The notes: generated by a model not told the origin, from the letters alone. Numbered from the stretch's first letter, positions 1 to 10,836 are shown. The stretch is DNA of 64,000 bases from Azolla caroliniana (GCA_043228905.1 JBHGNT010000013.1:1984001-2048000); one strand, 5' to 3'. Program-made: numbers and translations.

Positions 1-726
1 TCCGGCCTACCATCGGAAGACGTCCTCTCTTGGCTGGATCATTTCGAAATGGTGGCCAGTTACCACCAGTGGCCACACCCTCGGAAGGCAATGGAGATGA
101 AGACACTCCTCGAGAATATCGCGGCAACATGGCTTGTACAACAACCCGAAGAGACACGCAACGACTGGGATCTGTTACGGGCAGCCATGATTCGGAATTT
201 TTCTCATCAAGACTCCCGCCAGACGGCCCTACAACAACTTGAGTCAATTACCCAACAACCACGCGAACCCATCACCCAGTTCGCGGTTCGTTTTGTGCAG
301 ATCCTACGCCGGGCTGACGCCAACATGTCGGAGGACATGAAGTTGTTTTTTTTCTGGCCGCGTATACGACATGACCTCCGCCGCCGTGTACGCGATCAAG
401 GCCCGACGACACTACATGAAGCCATCCTCACTGCCCAACGCATCGAAGCTATAGACGCACACGACATGCACACACCAGGTAATCTCAGTCATGATCATAC
501 AAACACTATACCAGCCGTCACTCCCATGGACATCGACATCCAGAACGCGCAATTACGTGCCAAGCGTGCATTGCCCGAACGAGACAGCCAGGGACGCCCC
601 AAATGTTTCTACTGCAACAACTATGGCCACATTTGGCGTCACTGCCGAAAGTGGCAGAATCACCAACAGAAGCAGAACGTCCAATTGGCTGACGCTGCCT
701 CCCTCTCTGAGCTCCCGGAAAACTAA
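1..726 (+). CDS. gag: Gag of element A, frame open from the window start
   Basis: ORF 49..726 extends 5' without a stop; retrotransposon capsid motif (QQPREPITQF), PMDID, CFYCNNYGHIWRHC zinc knuckle. Confidence 0.88.
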   Translation, partial: SGLPSEDVLSWLDHFEMVASYHQWPHPRKAMEMKTLLENIAATWLVQQPEETRNDWDLLRAAMIRNFSHQDSRQTALQQLESITQQPREPITQFAVRFVQILRRADANMSEDMKLFFFWPRIRHDLRRRVRDQGPTTLHEAILTAQRIEAIDAHDMHTPGNLSHDHTNTIPAVTPMDIDIQNAQLRAKRALPERDSQGRPKCFYCNNYGHIWRHCRKWQNHQQKQNVQLADAASLSELPEN

Positions 727-3700
727 TGCGCGGGGTGCCGCAGGGAGAGCCGCCCCCGCACGTCCACGTCTCCACGTCCTCAACTTCTCCCGTTTCTCCC
801 ACGATCGAGCCGCCCCCGCATGTCCACGCCTCCACTTCATCAACTTCGCCCGTTTGTACCACAATCGCCCGCCTCCAGCACACGACCCAAGAAGTTCTCC
901 TCGACTCTGGCAGCAGCATCTCTTCCATCAACGCAGATTTAGTCACCCAATTACAACTGCCCACGAGCCATGCACCGCCCATTAAAATCCTCTTCGGCGA
1001 CCAACAACGGGTGTACCACTCACATACGCAAGTCAAGTGCATGCTCACCATTAGTTCCGCCCAGATCCACCATTGTTTCTACGTCCTCCCGCGCCAGTTG
1101 TTCCCAATCACCTTGGGATGTGATTGGTTCCTCCATAGTCGAGCCTGTCTCGATTTCTCCGCACAACAGCTCATCCTCCCAAATCACATTCCGATCGCGC
1201 TCTTCACTACTCCGCGGGATACCACCCACATCAGCAACACAAAGTACCTGATATCACCGGCGGAGCGCATCAACGACATCCGACGGCTCCTCGCCACCTT
1301 TCCCTCGTTGTCTACACCACCTGCAAAACCTCCCTCTGTCCGTTTTCCGATTCACCACACGATTCCTACAGGCAACGCCCGCCCCATCAACGCAGCTCCC
1401 CGACGTCGCTCGCCTCTCGACCACGAGCGCATCGACAATGCCGTCAAAACTATGCTCCAACAAGTGATTATCACACCTTCCAAGAGCGAGTGGATCTCGG
1501 AGCCACACATGGTAAAGAAAGGGGATGGTTCTTACCGCTTTTGTGTCGACTTCCGACAACTGAACCATGTCACCACCCATGACCGATACCCTCTCCCTCG
1601 TATCGATGACCTCCTCGACCAGCTTGGCAAATCAAAGTACTTCACCTCCCTCGATCTAGCCTCGGGATATTGGCAGATCCCGATGAATCCTCACGATGCC
1701 CACAAAACTGCATTCTGCACTAGGAAAGACATTTTTCAGTTCACACGGATGCCCTTTGGCCTATCTGATGCGGGGAGCACATTCCAGCGAATGGCTAATG
1801 CCATCTTCGATGATCTCATCACCCGCCGTGTCGTCATCGTCTATCTAGACGATATTCTGGTACATACAAGCACTTGGGCAGAACACCTTCAAGTCCTTCG
1901 GGAGGTCCTAACTTGTGTTCAACGCTATCGATTGCAGCTGCAATGGAAGAAGTGCCGATGGGGTAGTACGTGCCTCCGCTTCCTTGGGTACGTCATCTCC
2001 TCCGACGGAATACAAATGGACCTGGAGAAGACAGAAGCAGTCCAAAAATTCCCACGCCCCACCACAGTCAAGCAGCTTCAACGCTTCCTCGGCCTCCTCA
2101 CGTTCTCTCTTCGTTTCATCCCACGGCTAGCCGACCTGTCAGCCCCACTACGCGCACACGTTCTTGTGGACCGAAGCCTGCGAATCCAGCTTCCTGCAGT
2201 TCAAGAGAACACTCCAAGCCTCTGAGCTCCTGGCCCACCCTGATTTCACGAAGCCTTTCCATCTGCAGACGGATGCCTCCAATGTCGGCCTTGGTGCGGT
2301 CCTGCTCCAACCCGACGACAACGACCAACTCCGCCCGATTGCCTACATCAGTCGGTCACTTACCAAAGCCGAACAAAATTACTCGACAACTGAAAAAGAG
2401 TTCCTCGCCATCGTCTGTGCATTCCATCGTTTCCACCCATACCTTCACGGATCAAATACATCAGTCGAAACCGACCATCAGCCATTGCTCTCCCTCATAA
2501 AGAAGGCTCATCCACCCGGCCGCTTACTTCGTTGGGTTTTGGCGCTACAGGATTACACATTCACTCTGCGCTATCGCCATGGTCCACAAAACATCGTCGC
2601 CGATGGATTATCCCGCATATCTTTTCAGGCGAACCAGATCACCTCCAACACAATCGATTTCCCCATATCCTCGTCCCAAATGGCCAACATGCAACAACAC
2701 GACAAACAAATCCAAGATATCTGCCACCGCCTACGAGCTGAACCGACATCATCCCTCACCAAGCAATTCATGATCCAGGATAATGTCCTACTTTTTTGTC
2801 AAGTAGGCAAAGAACCCCGAGTCTACGTGCCTGAGCAACTACGCCAGTCTTACCTTCGTTTCTTCCACGATCACCCGTTGTCCGGCCACTTGGGTTTTCA
2901 TAAGGTGCTCGACAAAATTCGTCGCAAATTCTATTGGCCTGGGCTACGCCACGAGATCGCCTCCAAACTATTGGAGAAAATCATCTTCCCCCACGGTTGC
3001 CCACTCCAAATCTTGTCTGATCGAGGACCCCAGTTCAACGGTGAGCTCCTACGCCTCGTTTCAACACAACTAGGAATCCAACAGTTATTCACGTCACCCT
3101 ACCATCCGCAAACGAATGGGTTGACGGAGCACCTCAATCGAACCTTAAAACAACAAATCTCAGCCTACATCGATCCGCTGCACTCAACCTGGGACCGAAT
3201 CTTGCCCTTCGTTACGCATGCCTACAACACAACTGTGCAAGCCTCTACCCGCATTAGCCCATTTCGGGCCCTTCACGGAAGGGACCCACGCTTACCCCCA
3301 GAAGTGGCAGTCCCGCAACCAACCACACGACTCCACGTTGACGCAGTGTCTTGGTGGTCCCACCTACAACAACTCCAACCCCTCCTCCGCAAAGCCATCA
3401 CGAGCAACCTGCACCAGGCACAAACTACGCCAAAAACGACAACACGATATAGGCCGTGTCGACCATCAATACCACGTCGGTGACAAAGTCCTCGTCTACT
3501 TCCCCATCCGTCGTCGCGGTCTCAGCGAATCGCTCATGCACCGATGGATCGGTCCCTTCGAAGTTCAAAAGCAGATACGCGACACTACATACCTGCTCCG
3601 CCGCGCCTCCAACAACCGCTCTACCTTTGCTCACCAGTCTCGCATGAAGCCCTTCCATCAACTACCACCGCCCCCGGCCACACTCATGCCTACGCCCACG

Positions 3701-3763
3701 CCCGTGTCATCCCCCCGTCTGGAACCGTCGTCCACGCCTCGTCGCGCTTCGACTGCACAGTAA
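726..3763 (+). pseudogene. pol: Pol of element A (PR-RT-RH-INT), frameshifted and with internal deletions
   Basis: ORFs 726..2225, 2164..3483 and 3218..3763; frameshift/deletion near 2155; the integrase loses CxxC and the first catalytic Asp near 2955; GPF motif (WIGPF); no chromodomain. Confidence 0.9.
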
Positions 3764-3787
3764 CTTTTTTTTTTTACAAGGGGGAAT

Positions 3788-4031
3788 TGTGGTGGTCACA
3801 TGGACCACACCTAGATTAGGCCCCTACCAAGCCCCATGCACCACACATAGAACACACCCAAATTAGGCCCCTACCAAGCCTCATGCACCACACCCAAACT
3901 AGGCCCCCACCAAGCCCCATAATTAGTAGAGCTAAATGGAGCGGGAGAACTCCCTCCACGCTAAGAGAGAGTCTATAAAATGTAACTTGAGACATAATGA
4001 AAAGGGGGGCTATTCTTGAGAGCATTTCACA
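3788..4031 (+). repeat. 3' LTR of element A (right boundary inferred)
   Basis: Starts TGTGG directly after the PPT; three internal TAGGCCCC(T/C)ACCAAGCC repeats; TATAAAA near 3975; ends TTCACA. The partner LTR is outside the window. Confidence 0.65.
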
Positions 4032-4340
4032 ATATAAAATAAAAATTCGGTTAAACGTGCCATTCCATTAAAGTATGCCATTCAATTAAACGTGCTTTTT
4101 TTTGGAGGCCAAAATCTAGATAAAAAAATGACATTGTTTCATGAAAAAATTACTTCAATCCAAATCAAAACTATATTCCAAACATTCAATAACACAACAA
4201 AACAACTAAGGTAACTCGAATTGTTGTAGGATCTTCACTAGGCAAAACCATTGTGTATCTTGGATTTAATGGAATTAAAAACACTAGTTTCATCCATATT
4301 ACAAACGCAACGAGGATCATACTCATTGAATATAACATAG

Positions 4341-5905
4341 TGTCATGAATACATAAACATCATGGCTTCATCTAAGCTTGAACCCAAGACCTTGTAATAC
4401 ATAATCAAGAAACCAACCATTAAGATAGCCTATGATCATATGACATGATAAAGGCTACTTCTTGTGATACACTGATTATTGTAAATACTCAGGAACATTC
4501 TAGAACATTCTAGAATATCCTAGAACATCTTAGAATATTCTAGGTCTAGAACATGATAGAAATATCTACGCTATTCTATAGGAACCTATACATAGGCCCA
4601 AGATACATGTATTCTCAAATCAATTCCAATAAATACCAGTTTTAAGCTCTCATCACCTATCTTGTATCCATTCTCATTCTAATTTAATACAGTCATTCTT
4701 CTCTTATCAATTCATTCCTCTCTTCTTGTGATCTCGTTATATCTTTCTTCTATCACTCTCTCTTCTATCTTGGTTCTGACAGTTTGATTCGAATTCCTCT
4801 CTCTCCTTTATCCTCCTCTATAAACATCACGAAACCATGGATGCCATTAACTCAGAAGAATATCTCATCCTTGTTGTTGAAATGGAGAATCTTAAATCCA
4901 AGTTCGCATCCCTTGAATTAGAGAATCAACGTCTTCTTGGAGATCTACAAAAGGTTACTGTGGAGAAGCAACAACAACAAGCGGAGTTTACGCGACAGGT
5001 GCAACAACTAGAGACAACAATCATAATTTTACAACAACAAAGGGGCGGAGGTCAAGGAATTATCAAGGTGCCCAAAATCAGCCTTCCCGTTAAATTTGAT
5101 GGTTCGAGGGCGCATTTCCGAGGTTTCTTGAATCAAGTGCGGTTCGTAATTCAAATGCATCCCACGTGTTATCCGACAGATGCATCTCGAGTTGGGTTAG
5201 TGGGAACCTTATTGACTGGCATAGCATTGTTGTGGTTTGCTCCATTATTAGAAACAAATTCTCTGCTACTCCATAATTTCAAAGAATTTGTCAAAGAATT
5301 TAAGGCTTGCTTTGGAGATACAGATGGGGCAAGAACAACGATCAAGAAGATTCGTACACTACGTCAAGGTGATCAACCAACATCAACATACGCAGCCAAT
5401 TTTTGTCTCATCGCAAGCGATATTTCTTGGGACGAACAAGCCCTAATTGAGCAATTTCGTTCCGGTCTTCTTAGCGATGTAAATGACTTACTTCTTACAT
5501 TCCCCGAGGATCCACAATATCTTACAGAAGCTATTAGTCGAGCAATAATCATCTTTTTGAGGGTCGATGTGAACGACAACAAATAACAAGATCAAGATTC
5601 ACACCAACTTATGTTCTATCTCGATGATCATATCTCACACTTCGGGGTGGAAATCTGGCCTTTGAGAATCAAAAGCAAATTCTCCTACGACCATCAAAGC
5701 TACAAGCAACAATAGTTTATGACACTCCGCTTGAATCAAGCCTTGTGGATATTGTTCAGCAACGACTTCACTCTGATGATTTCGCTAAGGATGTCTTAGC
5801 CCACATTAGTCCAAGCCATGCATCTTGCTTGACATTGCAAGGGTCATCTCAACACTATTAGGAATTCAAATGCCATGATGTCTTACTCTTTTACAACAAT
5901 CTCCT
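4341..5905 (+). mobile_element. Tcn1-like Gypsy remnant B (5' LTR, gag, short pol fragment)
   Basis: LTR TGTCATG(4341)...CTGACA(4781), same termini style as G; gag homologous to G gag; 5650-5905 matches the RH-INT linker of G/J pol after a large deletion. Confidence 0.85.
4837..5586 (+). pseudogene. gag: Gag of B, C-terminus frameshifted
   Basis: PKISLPVKFDGSRAHFRGFLNQVR, LRQGD, WDEQALIEQF; collinear with ORF 31134..32291. Confidence 0.88.
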
Positions 5906-6935
5906 TGTGAAAGTTCCTTGTGAAAGTTAGCGTGCGGAAGCGTCTCCCAAACCAGATCTGACAAATAGTAACAATAAAGAGAAGAAGGTTTAATGGAAGC
6001 TTAAACACTTATTTCCAAGTCTGGGGGTTATAACACTTATTCCCCTTCTGCTCATGTGAGTAACCGACTAGGATGCACTTCTACGACTTCGGATCCAGCT
6101 TCCTACGCTTCTCATCCGGTACATGCACATATGATATGCTACCAAAGATCCGAAGGTGCCTCAAATTCGGGTTCTACCCGAAATACAACTCATGTGCCGG
6201 CACCTCGTCCTCAATCCGGTTTTGGATGTAGAACCGCCTTAGCCCAGTAGAATTTGGGCATGCTCTTCTCGTCCTACATTGCCCTTGTAGCGTCGACAAT
6301 CGATCGGATCTTTCTCTCAGCCACACCATTTTGTTCCAGTGTGTATCGACAACAAAATTCTCTCTGAATTTTGTTCTATTGCAGATAATATTTGAATTGG
6401 CCGGAAAATTATTCTTTTCCACCATCCGACCTTAGGCACTTGATATTCCTCTCCGTTTCCCTTTCGACTAAGGTTTGAATGGTTCGGAAACAATCGAAGA
6501 TTTCACTTTTGTTCTTGATGAGGTAGATCCACGTGTCCCGCCTGTAGTCGTCGATGAAGGAGACGAAATGCCGACTCCCACCAAGACTAACGTTCTGTGC
6601 TGGTCCCCATACATCCGAATGGATTAGATCGAGCTTGTGACAGCTCCGGTTTCGTTCGGTGGGGGATGGAAGCCGGTGTTGCTTCCCGAGTTGGTAGGCT
6701 TGACATATTTGGGCCTTCCGGCCACTAAACTATGGCTATCCGAACATGACTTGTTTCGATTGCAGATCTTTGAAGCGTCTGGTAGTTGATGTGGTTGATC
6801 TGCTTATGCCAGAGATTGATGTTCGATTCAATGTTCTATCCTTCGGTAAACATGGCGGTGCCGACGTCATTTGTGATGAGGATGAACATCCTTCCTTCTC
6901 TGTGCCCTTGCACGATTATCCGCCCTTCTTCCTCG

Positions 6936-7717
6936 CCCTACATCACCACCATACCTCGCCGGAATTTGAATTGGAAGGATACAATAGAGAGCGAAGATCT
7001 TACTTCGATAGTGGCTACACGTGCGGCGATGGTGGACGATTGTCACACCATAACAGCGGCTACATGAGCTGTGGCGGTAATTATCCTACGGGTCGATACG
7101 GGAGGTCCATCCAATGCGAAGGCCGTACATCTTTTGGAAGCGGCACACGTGCCAACATAAGACAAGAAGTGTATCCCCATGGCGGCTATGCAGGAGATCA
7201 TGCAAGCCATGGCATGAACGACCTTCCGTCTTTCCCTCGCGGCCCTCCTCCTCCTCCTCTCCTCCCCACCCCATCCCTGCAGACAATTTCAAACATACCC
7301 TCTCACTTCCCATATTCGTTTAACCCTAATCACGCCCCTCCCCACCCCTCCTTACTTCCTACAAATTTGATGCATGCCCCCCCTCTATTTTCTATAAACC
7401 CCCCTCATACCCCTCCCCCATTTTTTAACCATGCCCCTATGCATTTCCCCCCTAATAACCCCCACAACGTTTCCCTATTTCCAAACTATACCCCTCCCCC
7501 TTTTCATGCATTTCCTACACATACCCCCCCCTTCTTTACACATAACTCCCCTTCTACTTCTAGTAGATTTCAATATTCTACCGCACCCTCAAAATTTCCC
7601 CCACACTTATATGAAATCCCTCATAGAAAACAACCTATCCGTACTCACAATAATCGGCCCCTTCCCACAAAACTACAAACTTTCCCATGTAATAATGTTA
7701 GGACAAAAAACGTGTAG
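6936..7717 (+). CDS. PLE ORF1 C-terminal part (Gly/Arg/Tyr-rich then Pro/His-rich), 5'-truncated
   Basis: About 260 stop-free codons of ORF 6746..7717 lie inside the insertion; ends 3 nt after an A_AAA_AAC slippery site. Confidence 0.65.
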
Positions 7718-9684
7718 CTAGGCGTGCCAAACGCGATAGTAAACAGTTTCGGCACGCCATACATCCCGCGAAACGTCTCTTTTACCTTCTCGATAGACCT
7801 ACTTCTACTTTAGATACTTTCATGTGGTTAGGACGTCATACATCTAATTTTCCCTTCTCCCCATACGTGGAAAAGACCCATAGTAGGAAACCCCGTAATA
7901 AATTTTGGACACCTCTCCTTAATAAACCTAGAATTAGTAGGATCCACAACCACTCTAATTATTCCCTCTCTAAACATGAGACACAACTCCTTAGCCTAGG
8001 TTTGAAACACATCCTCCCATCTTCTCCACCATCATCCCCTACCCTACTTAAAGAATTTGATAGCCTAAGTAGGACCCTTCGACTTAAACATTTTTTTAAA
8101 GATGTGGATAATTTGCCCCAAAATCCCTTTAAGCTACCTAACCCTAGTTGGCAACCTCCTACTAAGTACACTCCCTTAGAAAACATTATATCTAAACACC
8201 AAACTATCTTTAGGGACACACTTCATACACTCAAATTAAAACCCACTAGGATTGCACCTCACTTATCACTAGCCTTACAATCTCTTAAGAAAAACAACAA
8301 AATCATAATCCTACCTGCTGACAAGAATGTTGGAGTGTGTGTTCTTGATAAGGACACGTACTATAACAAAGCTATAGAACACCTTTCTGATACTAATACA
8401 TATAAAAAAGTCTCCCACTATCCACTTGAGGAATTATCCTATAGATTTAAAAACATTGTTAATAACCATCTTGGTACCCTATCCAACATAGAAGCCAATT
8501 ACATACTACATAAACCCTCAAAAGGGTACAAAATATGCAATATCTATTTCCTCCCAAAACTCCATAAAAACCCAATAGGTTTTAGACCTATTTGCTCATA
8601 CAATAACTCCCTTTTTGAACAAACATCAAAATGGCTTCACCACCAACTCATGCCTATCCTTCTCCTTCAAAAGCAATATTTGAAAGACTCACATTCCCTT
8701 GTCCAGACTTTAGAACATCTCAACCCACCCTCTAATAGCTTTATCTTCACCTTTGATGTTGAATCTTTATATCCCAGCATACCCCCTAGGTTAGGACTCC
8801 AAGCTTTACGAAAAATGATTACCCCACATTTTTCATCTTCTAAAACTAACCTTATCTATACACTTAGCGCACTCACATTAGAATATCACTTTCTATCCTT
8901 TGATGACATGATCTATCAACAAGTCAAGGGTACAACCATGGGTAGTAATTTTTCTGTAGTTTATGCATGCCTATTCTTAGCTCACTTAGAGAACTCCCAA
9001 CCATCACACCCTAATCTTTTTTATTTCACTAGATATATAGATGATGCATTCGGGATATGGACAGGTACTAAACCCGAATTAGAAAATTACCTCCAGTTCT
9101 ATAACACCTCCACTAATAATTGCATCAAAATTACCATCACCACTTCTCCCTTTAGATTACCGTTCTTAGATTTATGGATTAACCTAAAGAATTCACATTT
9201 CTCCTTTAATTGCTACCAAAAGCCCCAAAATGCCTACCAATATCTCTCATTCTCGTCAGTTCACCCCCTTCACTTAAAACGTCATTTTATTATTAATGAA
9301 CTAAAACGATACCTAATTAGAGAAAGTACCCCCTTAGGTTTCCTTCGAATGAAAAAACTATTTTTTAGTAGATTAGTTAAGAGAGGGTATCCCCTTTCTT
9401 TTATATTAGAGAATTATAAAAAGGTGCCATTTAATGCTAGGAAATCACTAGTATTTAGTAGAAAACCTAAAAGTACCCTTATACCTGTCATCTTCAAACT
9501 TAGGTATACGAAAGATACCCCTAGATTAGGAATTCACGACATGCTAGAAAACCTCCACGCAGATTTAGCCACACATCCCCAACTATCCGAACTACCGCGA
9601 CCCTTCATATGTTGGACTAAGTCTAAGTCCATTCATTCCCTTCTCGTCAAAACTAAATATAAATCCATAAAAACTCCCACTTAA
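7702..9684 (+). CDS. Penelope-like reverse transcriptase with no GIY-YIG domain (first ATG 7822; frame open from 7702)
   Basis: LLSLGLK, PADKN, YFLPKLHK..FRPI, FDVESLYPSI, GTTMGS, RYIDD, LPFLDL, YQKP..YL..SS.HP; stops right after the thumb/linker (KSIHSLLV); no internal stops. Confidence 0.92.
   Translation, partial: DKKRVARRAKRDSKQFRHAIHPAKRLFYLLDRPTSTLDTFMWLGRHTSNFPFSPYVEKTHSRKPRNKFWTPLLNKPRISRIHNHSNYSLSKHETQLLSLGLKHILPSSPPSSPTLLKEFDSLSRTLRLKHFFKDVDNLPQNPFKLPNPSWQPPTKYTPLENIISKHQTIFRDTLHTLKLKPTRIAPHLSLALQSLKKNNKIIILPADKNVGVCVLDKDTYYNKAIEHLSDTNTYKKVSHYPLEELSYRFKNIVNNHLGTLSNIEANYILHKPSKGYKICNIYFLPKLHKNPIGFRPICSYNNSLFEQTSKWLHHQLMPILLLQKQYLKDSHSLVQTLEHLNPPSNSFIFTFDVESLYPSIPPRLGLQALRKMITPHFSSSKTNLIYTLSALTLEYHFLSFDDMIYQQVKGTTMGSNFSVVYACLFLAHLENSQPSHPNLFYFTRYIDDAFGIWTGTKPELENYLQFYNTSTNNCIKITITTSPFRLPFLDLWINLKNSHFSFNCYQKPQNAYQYLSFSSVHPLHLKRHFIINELKRYLIRESTPLGFLRMKKLFFSRLVKRGYPLSFILENYKKVPFNARKSLVFSRKPKSTLIPVIFKLRYTKDTPRLGIHDMLENLHADLATHPQLSELPRPFICWTKSKSIHSLLVKTKYKSIKTPT
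7705..7758 (+). promoter_or_regulatory. Programmed -1 ribosomal frameshift signal, ORF1 to RT
   Basis: A_AAA_AAC (7705-7711) in the ORF1 frame; stem GGCGTGCC-AAAC (7721-7732) / GTTT-c-GGCACGCC (7746-7758); RT is in the -1 frame. Confidence 0.82.
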
Positions 9685-9828
9685 TACTATATGCCTTTTA
9701 TATCCCACCCCCACCCCCACCTATCACTTATCATGTACATACATATAACCCCCCTCTAACCCACTTTCACTAACCAATCCATTACCTATCACAATTCCCC
9801 GTTTCCCTCTCTCCCATCATTAAACTCC

Positions 9829-9831
<3 letters not shown>

Positions 9832-9863
<32 letters not shown>
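9832..9863. repeat. (TC)n microsatellite in the PLE 3' region
   Basis: About 16 TC units, directly visible. Confidence 0.95.
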
Positions 9864-9865
<2 letters not shown>

Positions 9866-9899
9866 TCCCCCTATATAAACCTACCCTCTTGTTGTAAAT

Positions 9900-9951
9900 G
9901 ACCTTGGCACTGATGAGCTCTACCTAGAGCGAAACTAGTTTGCACAAGGTC
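9900..9951 (+). ncRNA. Type I minimal hammerhead ribozyme (PLE-type)
   Basis: Stem I GACCTTG-GCA / TGC-a-CAAGGTC; core CTGATGA at 9910-9916; stem II GCTCT/AGAGC; GAAA at 9931-9934; palindromic stem III AACTAGTT; predicted GUU cleavage after 9940. Confidence 0.9.
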
Positions 9952-10836
9952 TTTCTAATGAAAATTTCTTAAGCTTTTCTCTTTTCTCACTCACTCTTCT
10001 CTTCTTCTCTTCTTCTTTAATCTCATTCTCTCATTCTCTTTTACTCTTGGTCACCTCTAATCCTACTCACCTTAGCTTCACTTGCATCATTGCTTTATTT
10101 CTTTTCTTACTCTTCCCATATCCTCTCAATAGTTGTGCTAGTTCGCTCGCACTCCTTGTCACGATCCTACGGTCATAGCAAAAACCGCAACTGCATTCCC
10201 TGGTCGACTATTTGTTCGACCGATACGATGTTCTTTGTCATAGTTGGAACGTGTAATATGTTCATCAGCTTTCCCTTTTGTCCGACATGGCTTAAAGGGA
10301 CTTCTCCAACATGCACAATCGGGTGAGGGGTGTCATCTCCGATTTCGACGATTCCTTGTGGTTCTGGTTTCTCCAAAAGCGAGAACTACTCTTTGTGGCC
10401 GCCTCCATGTACAACATCCGGCTACCCGATTGAGTGGTCGTCGATCCACTTGTGTAGTTTTCTTCAACCGTCATCATTGATTGTAAGTTGAAGAAGGAAA
10501 GTGGTTTCTCCCGGGTGCAAATTGCCATCCGGATTGGCCCTTACTGTTGTGCTAGACCACCGAGACAGATTTGGACCATCTCGTCTTCGTCCACCGTCAC
10601 ATTTATGAACCCGAGCGTGTCACAAATCTCCTTTATCTTAGTGGTATAGTGTGTAACCGACATATCTCTTTGCCGGATGTTGTTCAGGTCTTGTCAGAGC
10701 TGCAACTTACGGGATGTGGTATTCGTGGCAAAAATCTTCCAAAGATTTTCCCATGCCTCCTTTAGCATTTTTGCATCCTTGATGTAGCCAAGCATCTGAT
10801 CGTGCACACCGGATGCGAGGCACTACAATACTCGGC

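Larger units (their letters stand above)
1..4031 (+). mobile_element. Ty3/Gypsy LTR retrotransposon A, 5' part outside the window, degenerate
   Basis: gag with CCHC knuckle; PR (LLDSGS), RT (YLDD), RNase H (TDAS) and integrase; PPT AAGGGGGAA at 3778-3786 followed by a TG...CA LTR. Confidence 0.92.
6936..10181 (+). mobile_element. Endonuclease-deficient Penelope-like retroelement, 5'-truncated
   Basis: Interrupts Copia I' pol with no TSD; PLE-type RT, upstream ORF1 remnant, hammerhead ribozyme in the 3' region; strongly G-poor sense strand. Confidence 0.88.
5906..10833 (-). mobile_element. Copia remnant I' (duplicate of Copia I), about 3 kb deleted and interrupted by the PLE
   Basis: 5906-6004 matches the LTR end at 53748; 6019-6935 matches about 56794-57534; 10182-10833 matches about 57560-58123. 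Confidence 0.88.

Noticed and set aside
4032-4340. AT-rich spacer with short TTAAACGTGC repeats
   Set aside because: No terminal repeats, ORF or TSD that I can support; left unannotated
6746-6935. N-terminus of the 323-aa ORF
   Set aside because: Antisense Copia pol sequence fused by chance to PLE ORF1
6936-6940. CCCTA at the PLE 5' junction as a telomeric repeat remnant
   Set aside because: Only 5 nt in C-rich sequence, with no tandem CCCTAAA at either junction
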